From assembly GCA_963716255.1 (NCBI GenBank), contig OY970303.1:1376001-1440000 (forward strand): a stretch of DNA of 64,000 nt, read 5' to 3'. Of the stretch, positions 56,629 through 64,000 are shown piece after piece (the first letter of the stretch is position 1; each line of letters starts with the position of its first letter). The DNA is from an uncultured Gemmatimonadales bacterium. GTDB taxonomy: Bacteria; Gemmatimonadota; Gemmatimonadetes; Longimicrobiales; Longimicrobiaceae. The position numbers were made by a program, and so were the translations under genes. The notes under the pieces are model-generated. The model was not told where the DNA came from, did not search any database, and was given only the letters and a program-made list of their open reading frames with translations.

Positions 56629-57645
56629 CTAGTCCGCGGCTTCGCTGTGCGCGTCCAGCCCCACCGCGCCGGCAAGCAGCTCGTAGGAGCGCAGGCGCGC
56701 CTCGTGGGAGTGGATCATCGAGGTCACGATCACCTCGTCGGCGCCGCTCTCCTCCGCCAGCTCGGTCAGCGCGGCGGCCACGGTTTCCGGGCTGCCGGCG
56801 TGGTGGAGCTGGCGGTAGCCTTCCACGGTCGCGCGGTCCTGGGGGGTGTAGGGGTAGGCGGCCGCCTCCTCCGGGCTGGGGAGCGCGCCGAACTGGCCCT
56901 TCCGCAGGCGCACCCAGGCCAGCTCCATGGAGCCTGCCAGCCAGCGCGCCCGCTCCTCCGTGTCGGCGCAGACCACGGCGGCGCCCAGCACCACGTGAGG
57001 CTCCGGGAACGCCTCCGAGGGCTGGAAGCTCTCGCGGTAGGCGCGGATCGCCGGGGCGGCCGGCGCCGGGCTGAAGTGGCTGGCGAAGCCGTACCCCATT
57101 CCCAGCGACCCGGCCAGGCGCGCGGTGGCGCCGCTGGACCCCAGCAGCCACACCGGCGGGAGCGGCACCCCCTCCGGCACCACGCGCACGCGGTGGAAGG
57201 GGTGGTCCTCCGGGAAGCTCCCCCGCGACAGCCCCACCAGCTCGGCCAGCTGCTGCGGATACTGCTCGGCGTCGAACGGGCGCAGGGCGCTGGAGGTGGC
57301 CGGGTCCGTCCCCGGCGCACGGCCCACGCCCAGGTCGATGCGCCCCGGGTGCAGCGCCTCCAGGGTGTGGAACGCCTCCGCGATCCGCAGCGGCGCGTGG
57401 TTGGGGAGCATGATCCCGCCCGAGCCCACCCGGATCCGCTCCGTGGCCGAGGCCAGGTGCTCGATCAGGATCTCCGGCGACGAGCTGGCGATGCTGGGCA
57501 TGCCGTGGTGCTCGGCCAGCCAGTAGCGGGCGTAGCCCAGCCGGTCCGCCAGGCGGGCCAGCTGCACCGAGTTGCGGATCGCCTGCCCCGCGGTGGAGCC
57601 GGAGCCCACGGGAACCAGGTCGAGAACGGAAAGCGAGAGCGCCAT
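56629..57645 (-). CDS. LLM-class flavin-dependent oxidoreductase (luciferase-like)
   Basis: LSVLDL, RYWLAEHH, RVGSGGIMLPNH, GRIDLGVGRAPG, WLLGSS. Confidence 0.95.
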   Translation of the reverse strand: MALSLSVLDLVPVGSGSTAGQAIRNSVQLARLADRLGYARYWLAEHHGMPSIASSSPEILIEHLASATERIRVGSGGIMLPNHAPLRIAEAFHTLEALHPGRIDLGVGRAPGTDPATSSALRPFDAEQYPQQLAELVGLSRGSFPEDHPFHRVRVVPEGVPLPPVWLLGSSGATARLAGSLGMGYGFASHFSPAPAAPAIRAYRESFQPSEAFPEPHVVLGAAVVCADTEERARWLAGSMELAWVRLRKGQFGALPSPEEAAAYPYTPQDRATVEGYRQLHHAGSPETVAAALTELAEESGADEVIVTSMIHSHEARLRSYELLAGAVGLDAHSEAAD

Positions 57646-57906
57646 GGAGCCAACCTCGATCGAGATGCGGGACCCCGGCCGGAAGGGCCGGTCCTCCGCT
57701 TATGGTTCAGCAATGAACTAACTCGTCAAAGGTGGCCCCTCGGCGCCGCGGCGTCAATGCCGACACGTCGCCCGGCTCGCCCGGGCGCGCCACGCCGTGA
57801 TCGTGCGACGGGGTGGCGCCGCGAGGAGCGCGCGAGGAGACGGCGAGAAGCGGAGACACGCGAGCAGGGCCGGCACCTCGCGCAGCCGAGGCGCGCACCG
57901 GAGCCG

Positions 57907-58040
57907 CGTGAGGGATTTCGGCCCGGAGGGGCGAGACCCCGCGGGCAGTTTCGCGGGGGCTCGACTCCGTTAGCCCGCGTTGTTTGCGGGCTTACGGAGC
58001 CGAAGCCCGACCCCGCGTCAGCGGGGGCACGCCCGAACCC
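57907..58040 (-). repeat. Dispersed repeat family A, copy 9
   Basis: cgtgagggatttcggcc...cggagccgaagcccgaccccgcgtcagcgggggcacgcccgaacc. Confidence 0.9.
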
Positions 58041-58052
58041 TGCCCGTGCCCT

Positions 58053-60884
58053 TCAGACCACCGCCACCGCCGGCAGGGTGAGCGTGAAGGTGCTCCCGCT
58101 GCCGGGCACGCTCTCGACCGCCAGGTCGCCCTCCATCCCGCGCGCCAGGTCGCGGCTGATCGCCAGCCCCAGCCCCGTCCCCTCGTGCGGACGTGCAAGG
58201 TCGGAGCGCACCTGCACGAACGGGTCGAAGATCGTTTCCAGCTTGTCGGCCGGGATCCCGATCCCGGTGTCGCGCACCCGCACCCGCACGACATCCTCCT
58301 CGCGCGCGCAGGATACCTCCACCTGCCCGCGCGCGTCGGTGAACTTGACCGCGTTGCCCAGCAGGTTCACCAGGATCTGCCGCAGCTTCTCGGCGTCGGC
58401 ACGCACCGCCAGCTCCGGAGGGCACCCGCCCACGCGCAGCGACACCTCCTTGGCGCGCGCCTGCGGGGCCACCAGCGACTCCGCCGCCACCACCGCCTCG
58501 CGCACCGGCACGCTCTCCAGGTCGTAGCGCACGCTGCCGGTCTCCAGCCGCGCGTAGTTGAGCACTTCGTTGATCAGCCCCAGCAGGTGCCGCTGGCTCT
58601 GCTGGATCCGGTGCAGGTCGTCGCGCTGCGTTTCCGTCACGGGCCCGCGGATCCCCATCTCCAGCAGCTCGGTGTAGCCGCCGATGGCGTTGAGCGGCGT
58701 CCTCAGCTCGTGGCTCATCACGGCCAGGAACTCGCTCTTGGCGCGGTTGGCGCGCTCCGCCTCGGCCCGGGCCTCCTCGCTCTCGGCCAGCAGTCGCTCC
58801 ACGTCGCGCCGCGCCAGCACCTGCTCCGTCACGTCCGAGCCGTGGGCGACCACGCCGGAGCGGCTCCCGTCCGCCTCGGTGAGCGCCTGGAAGACCATGT
58901 CCAGGTACCGCGTCTCCAGCGGGGCCCCGGGGGTCCTTTCGAGCAGGACCGGCGACTCGCGCCCCACCCACGGCTCGCCGGTGTCGCGCACGCGGTCCAG
59001 GAGCTCCTTGAAGCCCTGGCCGCGGATCTCGGGCACCGCCTCCAGGAGCGGCCTGCCGAGGATGTCGCGGTGCCCGATGAGCTGGTAGTACGCTTCGTTG
59101 ACGAACTCGTAGACCTGGTCGGGGCCGCGGAACGCGACGATGAAGCTGGGCGCGCGGCGGAACACCTGGAAGAGGCGGGCCCGCTCCACCTCCAGCGCGG
59201 CGAGCAGGCGCTCGCGCTCGGCGGCGGCGGTGCGCGCCCCCGTGATGTCCCGGAAGAGGAGGGCCACCTTCCCCTCGCCGGGCGAGCCGGTGCGGAACGC
59301 GTACACGTCGTACCAGCGGTCCAGCGCGCGGACGTGCGACTGGAAGCGGACCGGCTCGCCCGTGAGCGCCACGCCGCCGTAGACCGCCAGGCGCTCCGGG
59401 TCCACGGACACCAGCTCGCTCGCCCACCGCCCCAGCGCGTCGGAGAAGCCGCTCTGCGCGGCGAAGGCGGGGTTGGTCTCCAGGTAGCGGTAGTCCTCGG
59501 CGCGCTCCTCCGCGCCGAAGCGCACCTGGATCACGCAGAAGCCCTCGTCCAGCGACTCGAAGAGCGCGCGGTAGCGCGCCTCGCTGTCGCGCAGCGCCGC
59601 CTCGGCCCGCTGCCGCTCGGTGATGTCGCGGCCCTCGGGGACGACGAACACCACCTCGCCGCGGTCGTTGCGAACCGGGTGGAGCGAGATGTCGAAGGTG
59701 AGCCGGGCGCCGGTGGGGCGCCGGAGCGTGGCCTCGTAGCGGACGAACTCGCCCCCGGCGGCGCGGGCCACCGCCTCGCGGACCGCTTCCGGGGCCCCCG
59801 GCGTGTGGGCGAACCACGGCGTCTCCCAGAACGGCCGCCCCAGCACGTCGCCGAGCGTGTTTCCCGCGAACTCCAGCGAGGCGCGGTTCGCCTCCAGCAG
59901 CGTCCCCCCGGGCGCCAGCAGCCCGATGTACTCGTACGTGCCGTCGTAGATGGCCCGCAGCCGCGCCTCGCTGTCGCGCAGCGCGGCCTCGGCCTGCTTG
60001 CGCCCGGTGATGTCGCGCGCCACCACCTGCACGGCCGGCTCGCCGCCCCAGGTGATGGGCGCGCCGGCGACCTCCACGTCCACCGGCGACCCGTCCAGCC
60101 GCCGCCAGCGGTACTCCACGGCCGGGCTCGCCGTCCTGGCCGCGAGCCCTCTGCGGATCCGCTCCTCCACCATCTCGTGGAACTCGGGCTCGATGAACTC
60201 GAACGGCGTGTGGCCGACGACCTGGCCGGCGTCGCGGGCGCCCAGCAGGCGCATGGCCGCCCGGTTCACGTAGGCCCAGCGCCCGGCCACGTTGACGAGG
60301 GTGGCCTCGGGGCTGAGGTCGGCCAGCGTCCGGTAGCGCGACTCGCTCTCCTGGAGCGCCGCCTCGGCCTGCCGCCGCGCCCGCAGGTTCCCGGCGCGCA
60401 GCTCGATCTCGCTCAGCGCCCAGGCCGCCAGGTCGGCGAGGGTGGCCATGTCCCGCTCGGTCCACGGCCGCGGCCGGAAGTCGACGACGCACAGGGTGGC
60501 GATGGGGGCGCCGGCGCGCGGGGAAAGGATGGGGACGGAAAGGTAGCCCACGGTCCCGCTCTCGGCGGTCGCGGGATTGGACGACACCAGCGGGTGCTCG
60601 CGCGCGTCCTCCACCGCCAGCGGCTCGCCGCCTCGGACCACGTGCTGGCAGTACGAGCGCTCCAGCGCCGCCGCGCGGCCCCACGCCTCCGGCCCCGCGT
60701 AGCTGACGGGAATCTGGCGGTCCGCCGTGACCACGTTGAGCTGCGCGACGGGCGCGTCGAGCAGCCGCGCCGCCGTGCGGACGACCCGGTCGAGGGCCGG
60801 GATCGCCCCGGTGTCGAGCAGGTCGCTCGCGGCGATGGCGGCGAGGCGCTCCGGGTGGGCGAGGGGGTCGTTCGGCTCCTGCAC
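58053..60884 (-). CDS. GAF + multi-PAS sensor histidine kinase
   Basis: GAF (SYCQHVV, TLCVVD), four PAS/PAC-like units (RDIT), MSHELRTPLNAI, NAVKFT, DTGIGI, GTGLGL; GTG start inferred. Confidence 0.92.
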   Translation of the reverse strand: MQEPNDPLAHPERLAAIAASDLLDTGAIPALDRVVRTAARLLDAPVAQLNVVTADRQIPVSYAGPEAWGRAAALERSYCQHVVRGGEPLAVEDAREHPLVSSNPATAESGTVGYLSVPILSPRAGAPIATLCVVDFRPRPWTERDMATLADLAAWALSEIELRAGNLRARRQAEAALQESESRYRTLADLSPEATLVNVAGRWAYVNRAAMRLLGARDAGQVVGHTPFEFIEPEFHEMVEERIRRGLAARTASPAVEYRWRRLDGSPVDVEVAGAPITWGGEPAVQVVARDITGRKQAEAALRDSEARLRAIYDGTYEYIGLLAPGGTLLEANRASLEFAGNTLGDVLGRPFWETPWFAHTPGAPEAVREAVARAAGGEFVRYEATLRRPTGARLTFDISLHPVRNDRGEVVFVVPEGRDITERQRAEAALRDSEARYRALFESLDEGFCVIQVRFGAEERAEDYRYLETNPAFAAQSGFSDALGRWASELVSVDPERLAVYGGVALTGEPVRFQSHVRALDRWYDVYAFRTGSPGEGKVALLFRDITGARTAAAERERLLAALEVERARLFQVFRRAPSFIVAFRGPDQVYEFVNEAYYQLIGHRDILGRPLLEAVPEIRGQGFKELLDRVRDTGEPWVGRESPVLLERTPGAPLETRYLDMVFQALTEADGSRSGVVAHGSDVTEQVLARRDVERLLAESEEARAEAERANRAKSEFLAVMSHELRTPLNAIGGYTELLEMGIRGPVTETQRDDLHRIQQSQRHLLGLINEVLNYARLETGSVRYDLESVPVREAVVAAESLVAPQARAKEVSLRVGGCPPELAVRADAEKLRQILVNLLGNAVKFTDARGQVEVSCAREEDVVRVRVRDTGIGIPADKLETIFDPFVQVRSDLARPHEGTGLGLAISRDLARGMEGDLAVESVPGSGSTFTLTLPAVAVV
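58069..58772 (-). repeat. Direct repeat 1 of HisKA+HATPase coding sequence (~704 bp)
   Basis: Matches 61029-61732 (offset 2960) with about 11 mismatches counted by eye. Confidence 0.95.
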
Positions 60885-61021
60885 GGGCGGGGGCTCGGGG
60901 GAGTGCGCGGTGGACGGAACGGGGAGGGCCGCCCCCGGGGCGGTGCCCTGATGATGGCACTCCCCGGGGGCCCCGGCAAGCGACGCGCCGCGCTCCCGGC
61001 GCAGCGGGGCGGCCGCGGCCG

Positions 61022-62689
61022 TCAGGCTGCCGGCAGGGTGAGCGTGAAGGTGCTCCCGCTGCCGGGCGTGCTCTCGACCGCCAGGTCGCCCTCCATCCCG
61101 CGCGCCAGGTCGCGGCTGATCGCCAGCCCCAGCCCCGTCCCCTCGTGCGGACGTGCAAGGTCGGAGCGCACCTGCACGAACGGGTCGAAGATCGTTTCCA
61201 GCTTGTCGGCCGGAATCCCGATCCCGGTGTCGCGCACCCGCACCCGCACGACATCCCCCTCGCGCGCGCAGGACACCTCCACCTGCCCGCGCGCGTCGGT
61301 GAACTTGACCGCGTTGCCCAGCAGGTTCACCAGGATCTGCCGCAGCTTCTCGGCGTCGGCACGCACCGCCAGCTCCGGAGGGCACCCGCCCACGCGCAGC
61401 GACACCTCCTTGGCGCGCGCCTGCGGGGCCACCAGCGACTCCGCCGCCACCACCGCCTCGCGCACCGGCACGCTCTCCAGGTCGTAGCGCACGCTGCCGG
61501 TCTCCAGCCGCGCGTAGTTGAGCACCTCGTTGATCAGCCCCAGCAGGTGCCGCTGGCTCTGCTGGATCCGGTGCAGGTCGTCGCGCTGCGTTTCCGTCAC
61601 GGGCCCGCGGATCCCCATCTCCAGGAGCTCGGCGTAGCCGCCGATGGCGTTGAGCGGCGTCCTCAGCTCGTGGCTCATGGTGGCCAGGAACTCGCTCTTG
61701 GCGCGGTTGGCGCGCTCCGCCTCGGCCCGGGCGGCCTCCGCCTCGCGCCGCGCCGTCCCCTGCTCGGTGACGTCGGCGCCGTGGGCGATCACGGCCGGGT
61801 GGCTCCCGTCCGCCTCCACCAGCGGCAGGTACGTGATGTCGAGGAAGCGCTCCTCCAGCTCCGCGCCCGGCGTGCGCTCCAGGCGCGCCGGGAGGTCGCG
61901 GAAGACCAGGGGCTCACCCGTCTCGCGGACGTGGCGGAGGTAGGTGTCGAAGCCCTGCCCGCGGACCTCGGGAAGCGCCTCCAGGAGCGGCTTCCCCACC
62001 ACGCCCCGCCCGTGGCCGATCACCTGCTCGTAGGCGTCGTTGACCAGCTCGAAGACGTTCTCCGGCCCGCGCAGCACCGCCAGGAACGAGGGCGACTGGC
62101 GGAACACCTGGGCGAGGCGGGTGCGCTCCACGCGCAGCTCCCCCAGCAGGCGCTCGCGGTCCAGGTCCGCCAGGACGCGCGGCGTGGTCTCCTGGCAGAT
62201 GACCAGCGTCCCCCCGATGCTCCCGTCGTCGTCGTAGGCGGGGCTGTAGCTGTACGTCCACCAGACGTCCTCCAGCCGGCCGTTGCGCTCGATGGGCAGG
62301 TACTGGTCCTCGTGCCAGGTGGGCACGCCGGTCGTCATCACCTGCTCGATCTGCGGGCCGATCGCGTCCCAGATGTCCGTCCAGAACTCGTGGCCGCGCA
62401 TCCCCAGGGCGCGCGGGTGCCGGCCGCCCCCGCCCAGGCTGGGGCGGTAGCCGTCGTTGTACACCTGCGCCAGCTCCGGCCCCCAGAACAGGAACATGGG
62501 GTTCCGGGAGCCCAGGAGCGTCAGGACCGTGGTGCGCAGGCTCTGCGACCAGCCCGCGGGCGGCCCCAGCGGCGTGGCCGACCAGTCGAGCGCGCGGCAG
62601 AGGGCCCGCATCTCCCCCGGACCGGCGAAGAACGAGTCCGCGGCGGGCACGCTGCTCTCCGGCGGGGCGTGGGCCTGGTGCTGCGACAT
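61022..62689 (-). CDS. PAS sensor histidine kinase
   Basis: MSQHQAH..LDWSATPLGP..WSQSL..YNDGY..WTYSYSP PAS-like input; MSHELRTP, NAVKFT, GTGLGL. Confidence 0.93.
   Translation of the reverse strand: MSQHQAHAPPESSVPAADSFFAGPGEMRALCRALDWSATPLGPPAGWSQSLRTTVLTLLGSRNPMFLFWGPELAQVYNDGYRPSLGGGGRHPRALGMRGHEFWTDIWDAIGPQIEQVMTTGVPTWHEDQYLPIERNGRLEDVWWTYSYSPAYDDDGSIGGTLVICQETTPRVLADLDRERLLGELRVERTRLAQVFRQSPSFLAVLRGPENVFELVNDAYEQVIGHGRGVVGKPLLEALPEVRGQGFDTYLRHVRETGEPLVFRDLPARLERTPGAELEERFLDITYLPLVEADGSHPAVIAHGADVTEQGTARREAEAARAEAERANRAKSEFLATMSHELRTPLNAIGGYAELLEMGIRGPVTETQRDDLHRIQQSQRHLLGLINEVLNYARLETGSVRYDLESVPVREAVVAAESLVAPQARAKEVSLRVGGCPPELAVRADAEKLRQILVNLLGNAVKFTDARGQVEVSCAREGDVVRVRVRDTGIGIPADKLETIFDPFVQVRSDLARPHEGTGLGLAISRDLARGMEGDLAVESTPGSGSTFTLTLPAA
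61029..61732 (-). repeat. Direct repeat 2 of HisKA+HATPase coding sequence
   Basis: Matches 58069-58772. Confidence 0.95.
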
Positions 62690-62827
62690 GGTCCGGGTCA
62701 CAAGTGGCGCCTCTCCGCGCAGTTGGCCTGCACGCAAAAGGATTATGGACCGGTCCGCCGGAAACGGCAATACGCCCCACCGGAGCACGCCGCATCGCGC
62801 CGGCGGCACGGGCTCGCGACACCGGCG

Positions 62828-62856
62828 TTGACATTCGCGCGCCCCAGTACTTTAAT
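62828..62856 (+). promoter_or_regulatory. Near-consensus sigma70 promoter
   Basis: TTGACA-17bp-TTTAAT upstream of RBS GGAAAGG and ATG 62897. Confidence 0.75.
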
Positions 62857-62896
62857 ATACAAAGTTCTCTGCGACACCCGAACAGGGAAAGGTGCG

Positions 62897-64000
62897 ATGC
62901 GAGTCAGGATGATCCTCCCGGCGCTCACCGAAGCCAAGAGCCCGCTCTTCCGGCCCATCAAGTACTCGCTCTTTCCGCCGCTGGGGCTGGCGACGCTGGC
63001 GGCGTACCTGGGCGGGGACGACCACGCGGAGCTGGTGGACGAGCACGTGGAGGAGGTCCGCGCCGACGACGACGCGCCGGACCTGGTCGTGATCCAGGTC
63101 TACATCACCTCGGCGCGGCGCGCATACGCGCTCGCCGACGAGTACCGGCGCAGGGGCTCGCACGTGTGCCTGGGGGGGCTGCACGTCACCTCGCTCCCCG
63201 GCGAAGCGGCCGCGCACGCGGACACGATCTTCCTGGGCCCTGGGGAGGACACCTGGCCGCGCTTCCTGGAGGACTTCCGGGCCGGCCGGGCGGACGCGGT
63301 CTACACCTCCACGGAGCGCACGCTGGAGTCGGTTCCCCCGGTGCGGCGCGACCTGATCCGCCGCGAGCTCTACCTGGTCCCCAATTCCATCGTCGTTTCG
63401 CGGGGGTGCCCGCACAACTGCGACTTCTGCTACAAGGAGGCCTTCTTCCGCGGCGGCCGCGGCTTCTACACGCAGCGGGTGGACGACGCGCTCGCCGAGA
63501 TCGACCGGCTCCCCGGGCGGCACCTGTACTTCCTGGACGACCACCTGTTCGGCAACGTCCCCTTCGCGACCGCCCTCTTCGACGGCATGCGCGGAATGCG
63601 CAGGCTCTGGCAGGCCGCCGGGACCGTGCAGTCGGTGCTCCGCCCCGGGCTCCTGGAAAAGGCCGCGGCGGCCGGGCTGCGGAGCCTGTTCGTGGGCTTC
63701 GAGACGCTGAGCGCGGACAACCTCCGCGAGCAGGGAAAGCTCCAGAACCTGGGGCGCGACTACGCGGCCGCGATCCGGCGCCTGCACGAGCACGGGGTGA
63801 TGGTGAACGGGAGCTTCGTCTTCGGGATGGACGGGGACGGGCCGGACGTGTTCGAGCGCACGGTGGAGTGGGCCGTCGGGCAGGGGATTGAGACCGCCAC
63901 CTTCCACATCCTGACGCCGTACCCGGACACGGCGCTGTACGAGCGCATGGACCGCGACGGGCGTCTGCTCCACCGCGACTGGGACCTGTACGACACCCGG
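62897..64000 (+). CDS. B12-binding domain radical SAM protein (3' end outside window; absent from the ORF track)
   Basis: Own translation: MRVRMILPALTEAKSPLFRPIKYSLFPPLGLATLA...GGLHVT...SRGCPHNCDFC...FLDDHLFG...FVGFETL...GSFVFGMD. Confidence 0.92.
   Translation, partial: MRVRMILPALTEAKSPLFRPIKYSLFPPLGLATLAAYLGGDDHAELVDEHVEEVRADDDAPDLVVIQVYITSARRAYALADEYRRRGSHVCLGGLHVTSLPGEAAAHADTIFLGPGEDTWPRFLEDFRAGRADAVYTSTERTLESVPPVRRDLIRRELYLVPNSIVVSRGCPHNCDFCYKEAFFRGGRGFYTQRVDDALAEIDRLPGRHLYFLDDHLFGNVPFATALFDGMRGMRRLWQAAGTVQSVLRPGLLEKAAAAGLRSLFVGFETLSADNLREQGKLQNLGRDYAAAIRRLHEHGVMVNGSFVFGMDGDGPDVFERTVEWAVGQGIETATFHILTPYPDTALYERMDRDGRLLHRDWDLYDTR

Noticed and set aside
13167..58040. Family A/B repeats as a CRISPR array
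   Set aside because: Copies are dispersed kilobases apart in both orientations, with no repeat-spacer periodicity and no cas genes in the window
58053..61385. 1110-aa kinase as given in the ORF track
   Set aside because: The first ~165 aa overlap the upstream kinase in another frame and are low-complexity; the real start is probably near 60884

Overview
Very GC-rich bacterial chromosomal segment whose gene content and style suggest Gemmatimonadota (Longimicrobium-like); this is an inference. It holds about 70 CDSs, mostly accessory, envelope or stress genes: GTP-type PEPCK, DEAD-box helicase, msrPQ, MATE, ThpR, a YhhQ-type queuosine-precursor transporter, a VapBC-like TA pair, a TIGR03916/TIGR03915-type repair pair, a SpeD/SpeE/DUF4178/DUF350/FAD-oxidase cluster and two sensor kinases. 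I saw no tRNA, rRNA, CRISPR array or transposase. Main points: (1) a compact three-gene RiPP-like cluster at 32536-34461 (54-aa precursor with an internal CPTCRSG motif, a DUF692/MNIO enzyme, a partner protein); (2) two families of dispersed intergenic repeats whose stems differ between copies by fully compensatory changes, sharing a GARAC-stem-GGCNGTTT-stem-GGYTC hairpin module; (3) an ECF sigma gene split at a G7 tract so that its N-half is in frame with the downstream membrane gene; (4) an almost identical ~700-bp kinase-core duplication. All family assignments come from motif recognition by eye, not database searches.
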